Translations under genes and position numbers: made by a program
Notes under the pieces: model-generated
The model's input: the letters and a program-made list of their open reading frames with translations, nothing else
Told to the model about the DNA's origin: nothing
The model's database searches: none
Part shown: one piece after another, positions 1 to 9,264 of the stretch
Layout: the number at the start of each line of letters is the position of its first letter
Numbering within the stretch: position 1 is the first letter of the stretch
Assembly (NCBI RefSeq): GCF_056989645.1
Contig: NZ_CM168022.1
Length of the DNA: 32,000 bases
Reading direction: 5' to 3' (one strand)

Positions 1-401
1 GAGAAGTTCGGGTCCGGCGTATGCTCGCTGTGTGTGCTGCAGGACGCATCCTGAATCCGAAAACTGCGCGCAGCCAGGTCATTGGCGCAATGACTATGGG
101 CATGGGTGCGGCACTGATGGAGGAGCTGGCGGTGGATGACCGTTTGGGCTACTTCGTTAATCACGATATGGCGGGGTATGAGGTGCCGGTCCATGCGGAT
201 ATCCCAAAACAGGAGGTGATTTTCCTGGATGATACCGACCCCATATCCTCCCCGATGAAGGCCAAAGGTGTCGGTGAGCTGGGCCTGTGCGGCGTGAGCG
301 CGGCTATCGCCAACGCGGTGTATAACGCCACCGGTATTCGGGTACGGGATTATCCCATCACTCTGGATAAGCTGCTCGATAAGCTGCCGGATGTGGTTTA
401 A
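1..401 (+). CDS. paoC: Aldehyde oxidoreductase molybdenum-binding subunit, C-terminal part (5' end outside window)
   Basis: The frame is open from the window start (EVRVRRMLAVCAAGRILNPKTARSQVIGAMTMGMGAALMEEL), which matches the xanthine dehydrogenase family PaoC C-terminus. It is followed directly by paoD. Confidence 0.9.
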   Translation, partial: EVRVRRMLAVCAAGRILNPKTARSQVIGAMTMGMGAALMEELAVDDRLGYFVNHDMAGYEVPVHADIPKQEVIFLDDTDPISSPMKAKGVGELGLCGVSAAIANAVYNATGIRVRDYPITLDKLLDKLPDVV

Positions 402-410
402 GGAGAAACA

Positions 411-1367
411 ATGTCATACCCGCTTTTTGATAAAGACGAACACTGGCATAAGCCAGAGCAGGCGTTTCTCACCGATGACCACCGGACCATTCTGCGCTTC
501 GCCGTAGAGGCGCTAATGTCCGGTAAAGGAGCGGTGCTGGTGACGCTGGTGGAGATACGCGGCGGCGCAGCGCGCCCGCTCGGGGCGCAGATGGTGGTTC
601 GCGAAGATGGTCGTTACTGCGGTTTTGTCTCTGGCGGCTGCGTGGAGGCCGCTGCCGCTTTTGAAGCGCTGGAGATGATGGGCTCAGGCCGCGATCGCGA
701 AATTCGCTATGGCGAAGGTTCGCCGTGGTTTGACATCGTTCTGCCCTGCGGCGGTGGGATCACGCTGACGCTCCATAAACTACGCTCGGCACAGCCTCTG
801 CTCGCCGTGCTGAACCGTCTGGAACAGAGAAAACCGGCGGGGCTGCGCTACGATCCGCAAGCACAATCGTTGGTGTGCCTGCCCACGCAAACCCGAACGG
901 GCTGGAATCTCAATGGCTTTGAGGTGGGGTTCAGGCCATGCGTCAGGCTGATGATTTACGGACGTTCTCTTGAGGCGCAGGCAACCGCGAGTCTTGCAGC
1001 AGCCACAGGCTATGACAGCCATATCTTCGATCTTTTTCCGGCCTCAGCCAGCGCTCAGATCGATACCGACACGGCGGTCATTTTGCTGTGCCATGATCTC
1101 AACCGGGAGCTGCCAGCATTGCAGGCCGCGCGAGAAGCAAAACCCTTTTATCTCGGCGCATTGGGCAGCCATCGAACCCACACGTTACGTCTGCAAAAGC
1201 TCCACGAGCTGGGATGGTCCAGGGAGGAGACAGCGCAAATCCGGGCCCCCGTCGGGATATTCCCCAAAGCCCGGGATGCGCATACTCTGGCACTCTCCGT
1301 GCTGGCAGAAATCGCCTCTGTACGTCTCCATCATGAGGAGGATTCATGCCTGCCCCCGTCGTCCTGA
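411..1367 (+). CDS. paoD: Molybdenum cofactor insertion/XdhC-CoxI family chaperone PaoD
   Basis: 318 aa ORF with XdhC/CoxI-type motifs (GKGAVLVTLVEIRG, VSGGCVEAA, YLGALGSHRTHTLRLQKL), 9 nt downstream of paoC. Confidence 0.9.
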   Translation: MSYPLFDKDEHWHKPEQAFLTDDHRTILRFAVEALMSGKGAVLVTLVEIRGGAARPLGAQMVVREDGRYCGFVSGGCVEAAAAFEALEMMGSGRDREIRYGEGSPWFDIVLPCGGGITLTLHKLRSAQPLLAVLNRLEQRKPAGLRYDPQAQSLVCLPTQTRTGWNLNGFEVGFRPCVRLMIYGRSLEAQATASLAAATGYDSHIFDLFPASASAQIDTDTAVILLCHDLNRELPALQAAREAKPFYLGALGSHRTHTLRLQKLHELGWSREETAQIRAPVGIFPKARDAHTLALSVLAEIASVRLHHEEDSCLPPSS

Positions 1368-1756
1368 TCCTTGCGGCCGGGCGTGGAGAGCGCTTTCTCG
1401 CCTCCGGGGGAAATACCCATAAGTGTATCGGCTGGCGTCAGTCCCCGGAGGTTGCGCCTTATCGCTGGCCATTTGAAGAAAACGGGAGAACTTTCGACCT
1501 TGCGATTGAACCGCAGATTACGACTAATGATCTGCGTCTGATGTTGAGGCTGGCTCTTGCCGGCGGAGGAATAACAATTGCCACTCAGGAAACTTTCAGG
1601 CCATATATTGAAAGCGGTAAGCTTGTATCGCTGCTTGATGACTTTCTTCCACAATTTCCGGGCTTCTATCTGTATTTCCCACAGCGTCGCAATATTGCAC
1701 CAAAGCTCCGCGCCCTGATTGACTACGTCAAAGAATGGCGGCAGCAATTGGTTTAA
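1346..1756 (+). CDS. yagP: YagP-like chimeric ORF: nucleotidyltransferase-like N-terminus joined to a LysR-type substrate-binding C-terminus
   Basis: MPAPVVLILAAGRGERFLASGG resembles a MobA/MocA NTP-binding start. EPQITTNDLRLMLRLALAGGGITIATQETFRPYIESGKLVSLL...FPGFYLYFPQRRNIAPKLRALIDYVKEW is a LysR effector domain. Same context as K-12 yagP. Confidence 0.8.
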   Translation: MPAPVVLILAAGRGERFLASGGNTHKCIGWRQSPEVAPYRWPFEENGRTFDLAIEPQITTNDLRLMLRLALAGGGITIATQETFRPYIESGKLVSLLDDFLPQFPGFYLYFPQRRNIAPKLRALIDYVKEWRQQLV

Positions 1757-1882
1757 ATAGCTGCACCTGCACTGCCTGATGTCAGAACAGTATTTTGATG
1801 AATTGCCAAGGTTACAATGGCACAAATGCGGCACAGGAGGAAACGTGGTGTATTTAAATATGGGGTAACTCTTTGATTTTAA

Positions 1883-1898
1883 TGGTGCGATAATAGGA
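1883..1898. repeat. Possible left attachment-site remnant (degenerate thrW 3' end)
   Basis: tggtgcgataatagga matches the thrW 3' end tggtgccgataatagga except for one missing base. It has the same orientation as the 46-bp copy at 20403 and lies between yagP and the first mobile-element genes. Confidence 0.5.
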
Positions 1899-1960
1899 AC
1901 AAAACAAACAATAAAAATACATTGATATATAAAGACATTTTCCAGTTACATCTTTGGAGA

Positions 1961-1980
1961 TACCCCCAAAAGTACCCCCA
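1961..1980. repeat. Tandem TACCCCCA repeats, candidate integrase arm sites (left end)
   Basis: tacccccaaaagtaccccca; near-identical to tacccccataagtaccccca at 20270-20289 beside int. Confidence 0.55.
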
Positions 1981-2240
1981 AACAATTTTCTCTCACCACC
2001 ATTTGCACATAAAGCAGCCATGTACAACTGGTAGTTGAACAGGCGGGTAGACCGTTCGTTCAGTAAATACCTGATATTTCCGCCAACGAGAAATTGCGTT
2101 GGCTGGCAGAGTGCAAATTTGCACGATAACCTAACCCATTGATTCTTTCGAAAACCTGCAATGCAGGAAGCCGGATAACACCATTTTTATAGCTCCGATC
2201 CCTTCAAAGTGAGGGGTAATTTGCCAAAACAGAGAGAGCA

Positions 2241-2528
2241 TTACTGTCTCTGGCAATCTTTATCGCGATAACGCCTGAAATACCCTCTCGCTTCCTCATC
2301 CATACCAAGAGCCGAATGAGTCCGCTTAACTGCCTGTCTTAAATCTCCGAATCTGTCTGTAGTTGCTGGTGGGCGTGCCGCCTTACGGATACATTCAGAG
2401 CGTCTGTTTGCTGCATGTTCACGTTCTTTATCGCCATCTGCCAGCATCATGACTTCTGCCCATCGTGCGGCAGCTCTCCGGTATAGCCCTTTTGACTCCA
2501 GTTCTTCAGCTTTCCTGTCCCTTATCAT
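2241..2528 (-). CDS. PerC/ANR-like small regulator
   Basis: 95 aa, KAEELESKGLYRRAAARWAEVMMLADGDKEREHAANRRSECI, typical of small PerC/ANR family phage regulators. Confidence 0.55.
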   Translation of the reverse strand: MIRDRKAEELESKGLYRRAAARWAEVMMLADGDKEREHAANRRSECIRKAARPPATTDRFGDLRQAVKRTHSALGMDEEARGYFRRYRDKDCQRQ

Positions 2529-2564
2529 TTCTGCCTCTCAGATTATATAGATAAGCAAAAAGGT

Positions 2565-2685
2565 GTTGGTTCAGTTGGTTCAGTTGGTTCAATTTGTAAA
2601 GATCGTTGTTTTTATTGTGTTTTTTCTGAAATATTGAACCAACATCAACTCATTTTGAACCAACACAGCCCAGCTCTGAACCAAC
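2565..2685. repeat. Iteron array A (candidate replication cis element)
   Basis: GTTGGTTCA at 2565-2573, 2574-2582 and 2583-2591; 43-bp AT-rich spacer; TGAACCAAC at 2635-2643, 2656-2664 and 2677-2685. Confidence 0.85.
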
Positions 2686-2738
2686 AACACAGCGATAGCT
2701 TTGTGATTGGTCCGTTATTTTCTGGCTGATATTTGAGC

Positions 2739-2769
2739 GTATAACAGTGTTATACAGTGGTATACTGTA
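2739..2769. promoter_or_regulatory. Overlapping dyads, candidate operator
   Basis: GTATAAC-agt-GTTATAC (2739-2755) overlaps TACAGT-ggtat-ACTGTA (2753-2769), just upstream of the gene starting near 2800. Confidence 0.45.
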
Positions 2770-2799
2770 TGGATATTACTCACTGATATGGTCTTTGCA

Positions 2800-3228
2800 A
2801 TGAGCAAATCTAATCTGGTCGCGTTCCGCATCCCATCTGAATTGCAGGATGAGTTTAATCGGTCTGTTCTCGCTTCTGGAGGGGATAAAACCTCCTGGCT
2901 TGTTGATGCGATTCGCATGAAGCTGGGACAGCCGGAAAAGTCTATTGATTCACGAATGCTTGGGCTGGTGGAGCGCATGGAAAAAGCCGCTGCGTCGCTT
3001 ATTGCCGGAAAGCCGAACATCCCACCAAAGCCATATAACGAAACGGCAGTTATAAAGATCATTGCCGATACCATCCGACAGGGATTTGATAATGGGCGTG
3101 TGATAGCGGAACGGCTCAATGAAGCAGGCTACCAAACAAAAGCTGGTAAAGCGTGGGATAAAGACATTTACAGCGCGTGGAAGCGTCAGGGTAACAATAT
3201 TAAAAGAATCAATACGCTGCTTCAGTAA
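2800..3228 (+). CDS. Ribbon-helix-helix-like DNA-binding protein with resolvase-like C-terminal helices
   Basis: MSKSNLVAFRIPSELQDEFNRSVLASGGDKTSWLVDAIRMKLGQ is an RHH-like N-terminus. The track start at 2788 adds 4 aa. Confidence 0.5.
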   Translation: MSKSNLVAFRIPSELQDEFNRSVLASGGDKTSWLVDAIRMKLGQPEKSIDSRMLGLVERMEKAAASLIAGKPNIPPKPYNETAVIKIIADTIRQGFDNGRVIAERLNEAGYQTKAGKAWDKDIYSAWKRQGNNIKRINTLLQ

Positions 3229-3257
3229 TTGATCAGTGTATAAATGATATTTATCGC

Positions 3258-4235
3258 TCAATCGCTCCCTTTCCGCCCTTCAGCTACAGGGTCGTTGTCG
3301 GCGATAACAAAACCTAAGTCCTGAGAGAATCTCTCTCGTGGGAATCCTTTAGCAGGTAAACCCATTGAATCATATCCACATCCGGGAACATTTGGTTTAG
3401 AGTCAATAAGGTCTGCAATTTGCCGAAGCCATGTTGATCCCGGACCAAGTCGTTTAACTAAGTACCAGATAATACAGATCGCGCTAAAAATCCTCTCGCA
3501 ACTCTCTGGATGGAGATTAAGTCCGTCAAAGTATTCATTATCCGGTACTGGAACTCGGGGATGCTTTCTATTCCATATTCTGGAATGGTGAGCGCAACGA
3601 TTCCTTATGAGATTAAGGCACTTCAACCATTTTGCAAATGTCTGCTTATTATCAATGCCAAAACGACGTATAATTTTCCCCTGCATATGACCATTAAGCA
3701 TCGCATAATATTTAGACATCTGACCAAAATCCCAGGTCTCCACCGCCACCCAAAATGGAATCTCCTTGCCTTGGCTTCGATGCCATTCAATACAGTCATC
3801 TCTGCTTTCGTCTAATTTTACTTTTTGCTTATACACCCAATGCTCGAAGGCAGATGAGAATTTTGGATTAATGTATTTTGATGACATGTAGGCAAGTGGA
3901 TCATTGCGACCAACCTCATGCGCGATGACTGAACGAACATGAATCTCTATTCTTTCGATAGCATCAATCATCAAAAGACGCAGTTTTTTGTCAAAAAGAT
4001 ATAGATCGTACGTCTTCTCGAAACTGGTACCAGCAAGAAATCGGTCTGTTCTGTACGAAAGACCTTTATCTGTTGTCGCAATAATTCTTGATGGGTACCA
4101 AAAACCTGACAATCGATAATATCCAACCTGCGACAGCTTACGTATCGCACGATTTCGATCATTGATAATCATGCCACGTTCAAGTAGCAATCCTAGCAAT
4201 TCGTGATAGTCCTTATGAGGCTTTGCGGCAATCAT
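3258..4235 (-). CDS. Abi_2 family (AbiD/AbiF-like) abortive infection protein
   Basis: KLSQVGYYRLSGFWYP and FDKKLRLLMIDAIERIEIHVRSVIAHEVG and WDFGQMSKYYAML and LNLIRNRCAHHSRIWNR match the Abi_2 pattern, including a HEPN-like RNxxxH motif. The GTG start in the track at 4280 is less likely than the internal ATG near 4235. Confidence 0.8.
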   Translation of the reverse strand: MIAAKPHKDYHELLGLLLERGMIINDRNRAIRKLSQVGYYRLSGFWYPSRIIATTDKGLSYRTDRFLAGTSFEKTYDLYLFDKKLRLLMIDAIERIEIHVRSVIAHEVGRNDPLAYMSSKYINPKFSSAFEHWVYKQKVKLDESRDDCIEWHRSQGKEIPFWVAVETWDFGQMSKYYAMLNGHMQGKIIRRFGIDNKQTFAKWLKCLNLIRNRCAHHSRIWNRKHPRVPVPDNEYFDGLNLHPESCERIFSAICIIWYLVKRLGPGSTWLRQIADLIDSKPNVPGCGYDSMGLPAKGFPRERFSQDLGFVIADNDPVAEGRKGSD

Positions 4236-4405
4236 AGTGGCGAAACAAAAGATAATAAAAGGCCCGACCGTGAAACTCACATGCCTGAAATCGGCGGCGG
4301 AGAAACAGAGGATCGGGCTCGGTTGCCTGTAACTCTATCCGAAGTTATCCACATGTCAATGCACAGTTACTTAGGAAACTAACATAGATACTATCATCAC
4401 TCACG

Positions 4406-4428
4406 AAAAACCACTATATGTGGTTTTT
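4406..4428. terminator. Bidirectional intrinsic terminator
   Basis: AAAAACCAC-tatat-GTGGTTTTT, 9-bp stem with T tracts on both strands. Confidence 0.65.
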
Positions 4429-4867
4429 ATTCATATCGTTATCCACTACAGGCTGTGTCAATAACTTTTACCTATTAATTGGGTAATTTCTACATTTTCC
4501 TATGCTGGCTAGTTTCTCTACTGAAAAGTTGGCACTCCTTAATCGCTTTTCGGTTAATACTATCGGTCTTCATATTGCCAGCAGCATACGCCATCCGATA
4601 ATTTCGATGCTACGCGCGCGTACTTGTCGCAAAATATCAGGCAAAGGCCAGATTCAGAACGTCGTGATAACCACCAGCACAACATGAGATGTCATGTAAC
4701 ACGATTTATCACATCAGATACATGTGATTGGTGTACCCGCATAAAACATCGTCATAGCGCGTCCTGTGCGCATATACGCCGATAATCAACACATCACCAC
4801 CACTCTGTCTCGTGTAGAGAACAGTTTCATGGTATCCCCCGCCATCGTGTGCGTACTGGTCGGACGT

Positions 4868-4888
4868 AGTTGCAAAATTTTTGCAACT
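4868..4888. repeat. Perfect 21-bp palindrome
   Basis: AGTTGCAAAA-t-TTTTGCAACT, bracketed by direct repeats gcgtactggtc (4851-4861 and 4903-4913). Confidence 0.7.
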
Positions 4889-5104
4889 GATACCCCTCGC
4901 GCGCGTACTGGTCACGAAATTGGTGTTTTGCTGTGGCAGTGATATCAGAAAAATCTTCCTGTTTCACATAAAGCGGATATGCGCGTACTGTAACGGCCCC
5001 ATCAACGGGGATCGGATTTGAAATCCCGACCCAAGCTATGTACCAAATGCCATGTCTTGGATATATGATGATTGCCATTCTAAACAACGCTAAAGGGGGT
5101 TGGT

Positions 5105-5719
5105 GTGAGCAGAAAAGATACTAAAGAATTGCTAACTATCTGCATGGTGTACTTTTCAATTTATTTTTGTGCATACATGATAGTCCCAGATGAGTTTGAA
5201 CATGGCAGTATTATTTATTCCATAACATTCTATTTTTTAGAGCTAACACCAATTTTGGCTATCCTTTTGGCAATACATATTTATTTTTCCTTAAAAAAAG
5301 AATCGACTAATTGGGAGAAGGTATGGAGAGACAGAGGATTTCTAACATCACCTAAAGATGATGCATATGAGAGTGATTTTTCTGACTTTATAACAAACTA
5401 CTACTCCAGCGAACAATTCAAAAATAGACTGTCTGATGTTTGGGAAACAGCAATGTATTCCATAGGGATTATATTATTGATACTTACTGGTATTGCTCAA
5501 TATGTTTTTAACATTGACTTATCATTAAATCCTGAAAATTTAATATCGCCATTGATTTTTGGTGAGATATTGATCTTCTCATTCGGAATTTTCTTGAGTG
5601 TTGTTCTCTGCTCATTATGCAAACTACTGACTAACAGGTATCCAGGTGAAGCAAGGAGAGCAAGAAAGGCAAATCCATATTATCTTTTATTTCCTAATGG
5701 AGACAGCAGAGATATCTAA
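5105..5719 (+). CDS. Membrane protein, candidate superinfection exclusion protein (sieA position)
   Basis: 204 aa with two hydrophobic N-terminal segments (LLTICMVYFSIYFCAYMIV, FYFLELTPILAILLAIHIYF) and two later ones (TAMYSIGIILLILTGIAQYVF, LIFGEILIFSFGIFLSVVLCSLC). Convergent with the gp16-like gene, as P22 sieA is. Confidence 0.5.
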   Translation: MSRKDTKELLTICMVYFSIYFCAYMIVPDEFEHGSIIYSITFYFLELTPILAILLAIHIYFSLKKESTNWEKVWRDRGFLTSPKDDAYESDFSDFITNYYSSEQFKNRLSDVWETAMYSIGIILLILTGIAQYVFNIDLSLNPENLISPLIFGEILIFSFGIFLSVVLCSLCKLLTNRYPGEARRARKANPYYLLFPNGDSRDI

Positions 5720-5737
5720 GCCATCCATGGCTACCAG

Positions 5738-7843
5738 TTATTGAGCTTCTTTTTGTGATGCCTGTGCGACTCTGGTGAGCGATTGTGTGACCGTACTGAT
5801 CGCTCTGTCATATGCTGTGCTACCTTTTGGCGTATTTGCCAAACGTAACAAGGCATTTCGTATAACAGGGCTTTCGTATGCCTTCGCGGCTCCGCCTACG
5901 GCACCAGCAGCAGGAACAACAAACGCAGCCGTTTTTAGCATCCCCGCTAATACTGCTGCGTTTATGATGCCACCACCAACTAACAATCCATAAAGCTGCT
6001 GACCATTTAAGTTTTGAACGTTCGCTTTTGCCGCGTGTCTTGTATCGTTGAGGTATTTAATAACGCCGTCCAGTTCCTTTCCATGTACGCCTTTAAAGAA
6101 AGTTGCTGATTGCTTCCTGTTCCGGTGTAACGCATTAATAAACTTCTCAACACTGATATTTCCAGACGGATCAGTCGCCTTATCTACAGCATTCTGAACT
6201 ATGGCTGCTCGTGCGTTTTGCCTACCATTGTCATCCAGAAGCCTGTAAAGCTGAGAACGTTCTGATGGGCTTTGGCTAAAAACGAGTTTTGTTACATCCT
6301 CAGGCGTGGCCTTGCCGCTGGCTATTGCCTTTTGAACGCGCGTTCTTCCCATCATGTCATTGAATTTAGACCATGAGCGATCAACCCTTGCCATATTAAT
6401 GGCTTCGTCTGCTCCAAGATTTTTGGCTACGGCTTTTTTCATATCCGCCGTATATGCCTTGTAGATAATATCGCTGGCTTTCTGGAGCGTATCTTTATCA
6501 ACAGTGTCAGATGACGCCATAAACCGCTTTCGAAGATCGGTTCTGTTTTCCCTCGCCAGACGCAGGTCATTTGGTCCGCTGGTGATATCGTCTTTAAATT
6601 GCTGCAAGACTTTTACCGCGGCTCTATCCTGAGATTTACCCGGGCGGCTTAACACAGCAATCTGATTGTCGATAGCTTTTACCGTGTTTGAGAGATCGAC
6701 AGGGGTATCCCCCATAGCGTCAATTATGCGGTTATATCGCTTTCCTGCTGCCTCAATGAATTTTTGTTGCCCTTTAGTCGCAGATTCATAAAGCTGTTTA
6801 TCAGAAATGCCACCCAGACCATCGCTAAATGTTCTGACTAAATTTTCTCGTGCTTGTTGTTGATTCAGCCGATTCTTACCGGTTCCAAAAAAAGGAACTC
6901 TTTCGCCTAATGTCTGAGCCTGACTCTGCATAAAGGTTTTATCTTTCAGCATGTCACTGGTCATTAACGGCAGATTTCTTTCCGATGCAAAGTCGACAGC
7001 AGCCTTTGCTTCAGGCGACATATCACCACGAACAGCCCTCGAAACCGCACTCGCTGTATTTTCCAGCCCCTTACCAATACCACCAATGCCAGCAGAAATT
7101 ACCGTTTGTAACGGATCAATATCTTCTCCACCAGCGAGGCTGGTGGCTCCCTGTAGTGCTAAATCTGTAGCTGCTGATTTCCCTATGGCCCCCAGCACCG
7201 TTCCGGCCCTGCCCGCTGGTGTAAACGCCAGCGCATTAGCCAGAAACGATGCCACGTCTTGCGGCGATAAACCCGGCTTGTTCAGAGCATAATCACCGGA
7301 TGGCAGGGAAACGATAGTGTTACCCTTCTCATCCTGCCTTAATTTCGCTCCCATGCTCTGAAGAATCTTTTCCTGAGATGCGTCAGAGCCGAAAAGTTGA
7401 GACCATCGAGCTTTTAGAGCATCCATGCTGAGTGAGGTTAACTCTGGGGCAAGGTCGACATTTTGCAGTCTCTCCATCTCTGGAGTCATTCGGCTTTCGC
7501 CTGTTATAGCATCGCGCATCGCAGCCCCAAGGCTGGCTCCCTGTTCTGCTGAACGCTCAAGCCCCTCTCTTTGCTGAGTAGCTAACTTTGCATACCCTGA
7601 CGCAAGAGAATTATCAGATGATGTATGTTGAATATTTTGAGTTGCTGATTGGGCTCGGTCTATTTCATTCGTTGATGGTAGTGGATAGGCAGCATAAAAA
7701 GCCTGCTTAGCCTGCTCTACACTTTCTCCGGCTTGCGGGGCAACGACTTCATTGAAGTATTGCTCCTGAGCCTGCGCTTTTTGTTCTGGTGCTAACGCCT
7801 GATACTGTGGAGAGGCGATAACATCTTTCCATGCTTTAGCCAT
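5738..7843 (-). CDS. P22 gp16-like DNA transfer/ejection protein
   Basis: 701 aa; AWKDVIASPQYQALAPEQKAQAQEQYFNEVVAP is a typical phage ejection/lytic protein N-terminus. Order and orientation relative to gp20- and gp7-like genes match P22. Confidence 0.8.
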   Translation of the reverse strand: MAKAWKDVIASPQYQALAPEQKAQAQEQYFNEVVAPQAGESVEQAKQAFYAAYPLPSTNEIDRAQSATQNIQHTSSDNSLASGYAKLATQQREGLERSAEQGASLGAAMRDAITGESRMTPEMERLQNVDLAPELTSLSMDALKARWSQLFGSDASQEKILQSMGAKLRQDEKGNTIVSLPSGDYALNKPGLSPQDVASFLANALAFTPAGRAGTVLGAIGKSAATDLALQGATSLAGGEDIDPLQTVISAGIGGIGKGLENTASAVSRAVRGDMSPEAKAAVDFASERNLPLMTSDMLKDKTFMQSQAQTLGERVPFFGTGKNRLNQQQARENLVRTFSDGLGGISDKQLYESATKGQQKFIEAAGKRYNRIIDAMGDTPVDLSNTVKAIDNQIAVLSRPGKSQDRAAVKVLQQFKDDITSGPNDLRLARENRTDLRKRFMASSDTVDKDTLQKASDIIYKAYTADMKKAVAKNLGADEAINMARVDRSWSKFNDMMGRTRVQKAIASGKATPEDVTKLVFSQSPSERSQLYRLLDDNGRQNARAAIVQNAVDKATDPSGNISVEKFINALHRNRKQSATFFKGVHGKELDGVIKYLNDTRHAAKANVQNLNGQQLYGLLVGGGIINAAVLAGMLKTAAFVVPAAGAVGGAAKAYESPVIRNALLRLANTPKGSTAYDRAISTVTQSLTRVAQASQKEAQ

Positions 7844-9264
7844 TAATCACCCCATAGTGAAGAAAAGTTACTGCTGGCTGCTGGCTGTGATACCTGCTCA
7901 GATTGCGGCAATGTCTGCGACGAAGAAGAAGTTCCTCTGTCAACTGCTGAAATAACCCGCAAAGCATCATAAGCTCGACCAGAAGCAGCTTTCAGCGAAT
8001 TGAACTGGTTTTCCATCTTCCGGCGCTTGGTATCAATGGTTTTTGTGGAGTCGCCAGGCTGAGGGAAATACATTTGATAATATTTTGACATTTCAGCAGG
8101 TACGATAGCTGCCCCTGTTTCCTGACGGAGTATTGCCATTATTGCGTCATTAGCATTAACAACGTATTGCTGCTCTGTTGGGCTGAGCGTTAAGTTAGCC
8201 AGCGTCCCATTACCCAAAGCATTATTAATGATCGCCACTCGCTGTGGGCTAAGCTGGTCTTTCAGTGTATCTATTGAATCAAGAGCATCCCTAACCCTGT
8301 ATGCAAATCCAGCAGCTTTTTTAGCCCCTTCTGGCGACTTTTCCATGATCTTTTGGGCTGTTGGCAAAGCTATTGGACGAAACCCATCTCCAGATATTGG
8401 CTGGTTTAGTTTTCCCTGCTCTTCACTTCCGTCTGTGTAGTATTTTGTGACAGTGCCATCATCGTTTTCTCTAACACTCATTAATTTTTTGGCGTTTGTA
8501 TTAATTCCAGCCGCTGCCGCAAATGCCGCCGCCCCCTCTGGATCCTCCTTTAACATTTGAGCGTACTGATTGTAATTCTGCATTGCTGCTGTTGGTGCAT
8601 ATGCTGACGTTAACGCATTTGCTCGGCTAATATCCTGCCCTCTCGCCTGAAGTGCTTCGCCAGCCTGATTGCTGCGGATTGTTTCTGCCAACTTGCCACG
8701 CTCAATATCCCGACCTTCCATTTGATCTTTGATATCGAAATACTTCTCATGACCGAGAGAAAACAGTGCCATACTACCAGCAAGCCGCTGGAATCCCTGT
8801 GGATCATTAACATGCATTTCGGCAACAGACTCAGGAGAAATTCCCAAGCGACGCATTTCATCTTCGTTATCTGCTATGAATTTTCCAAATGCCCCAGTTC
8901 CGAGCGAAGATGCGATTTGAGCACTAGTCGCAAGATGACCAATAGAATTTCTCTGGTCGTCATCAATAAAGCCCATCCCTTTCTGAACGCTTTCAAATTC
9001 TTCTGGATACTCAGAAATAAGACTGCGCATTTTGTTTCTGTCTCCAGACTCAAAAGCCCCGGCATATGCTTTCTGAAACTCTGCTTTACGCTGTTGTTGA
9101 CGTGCCTGCTGATTAATCTCAGCAACGCCTCTTAGCCCCTGTAGCGCCATTAAACCTACGTTTGGCTGCTGCTGATACTGCACAGGCTGAGGAACGGAAG
9201 AACGAGGAGCATTATCATTTTGCGGTGCCATGCTAGGCAGCCCGCCAAGTTGCCATGTCGCCAT
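7843..9264 (-). CDS. P22 gp20-like DNA transfer/ejection protein
   Basis: 473 aa, Gln/Ala-rich, starts by overlapping the gp7-like stop and ends at the gp16-like start; size and synteny agree with P22 gene 20. Confidence 0.75.
   Translation of the reverse strand: MATWQLGGLPSMAPQNDNAPRSSVPQPVQYQQQPNVGLMALQGLRGVAEINQQARQQQRKAEFQKAYAGAFESGDRNKMRSLISEYPEEFESVQKGMGFIDDDQRNSIGHLATSAQIASSLGTGAFGKFIADNEDEMRRLGISPESVAEMHVNDPQGFQRLAGSMALFSLGHEKYFDIKDQMEGRDIERGKLAETIRSNQAGEALQARGQDISRANALTSAYAPTAAMQNYNQYAQMLKEDPEGAAAFAAAAGINTNAKKLMSVRENDDGTVTKYYTDGSEEQGKLNQPISGDGFRPIALPTAQKIMEKSPEGAKKAAGFAYRVRDALDSIDTLKDQLSPQRVAIINNALGNGTLANLTLSPTEQQYVVNANDAIMAILRQETGAAIVPAEMSKYYQMYFPQPGDSTKTIDTKRRKMENQFNSLKAASGRAYDALRVISAVDRGTSSSSQTLPQSEQVSQPAASSNFSSLWGD

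Noticed and set aside
2565-2591. Short tandem repeats considered as a CRISPR
   Set aside because: Repeats are 9 bp and contiguous with no spacers, and no cas genes are present in the window.
2558-2601. Perfect 44-bp inverted repeat as a possible large inversion switch with 11097-11140
   Set aside because: No recombinase core or paired crossover layout is visible, and the shared sequence is centred on the iterons, so a replication/binding role is preferred. Homologous inversion between them remains possible but unproven.
4502-4915. Short ORFs (61 aa plus, 68 aa minus) between the Abi gene and the palindrome
   Set aside because: No convincing start signals, motifs or operon context.
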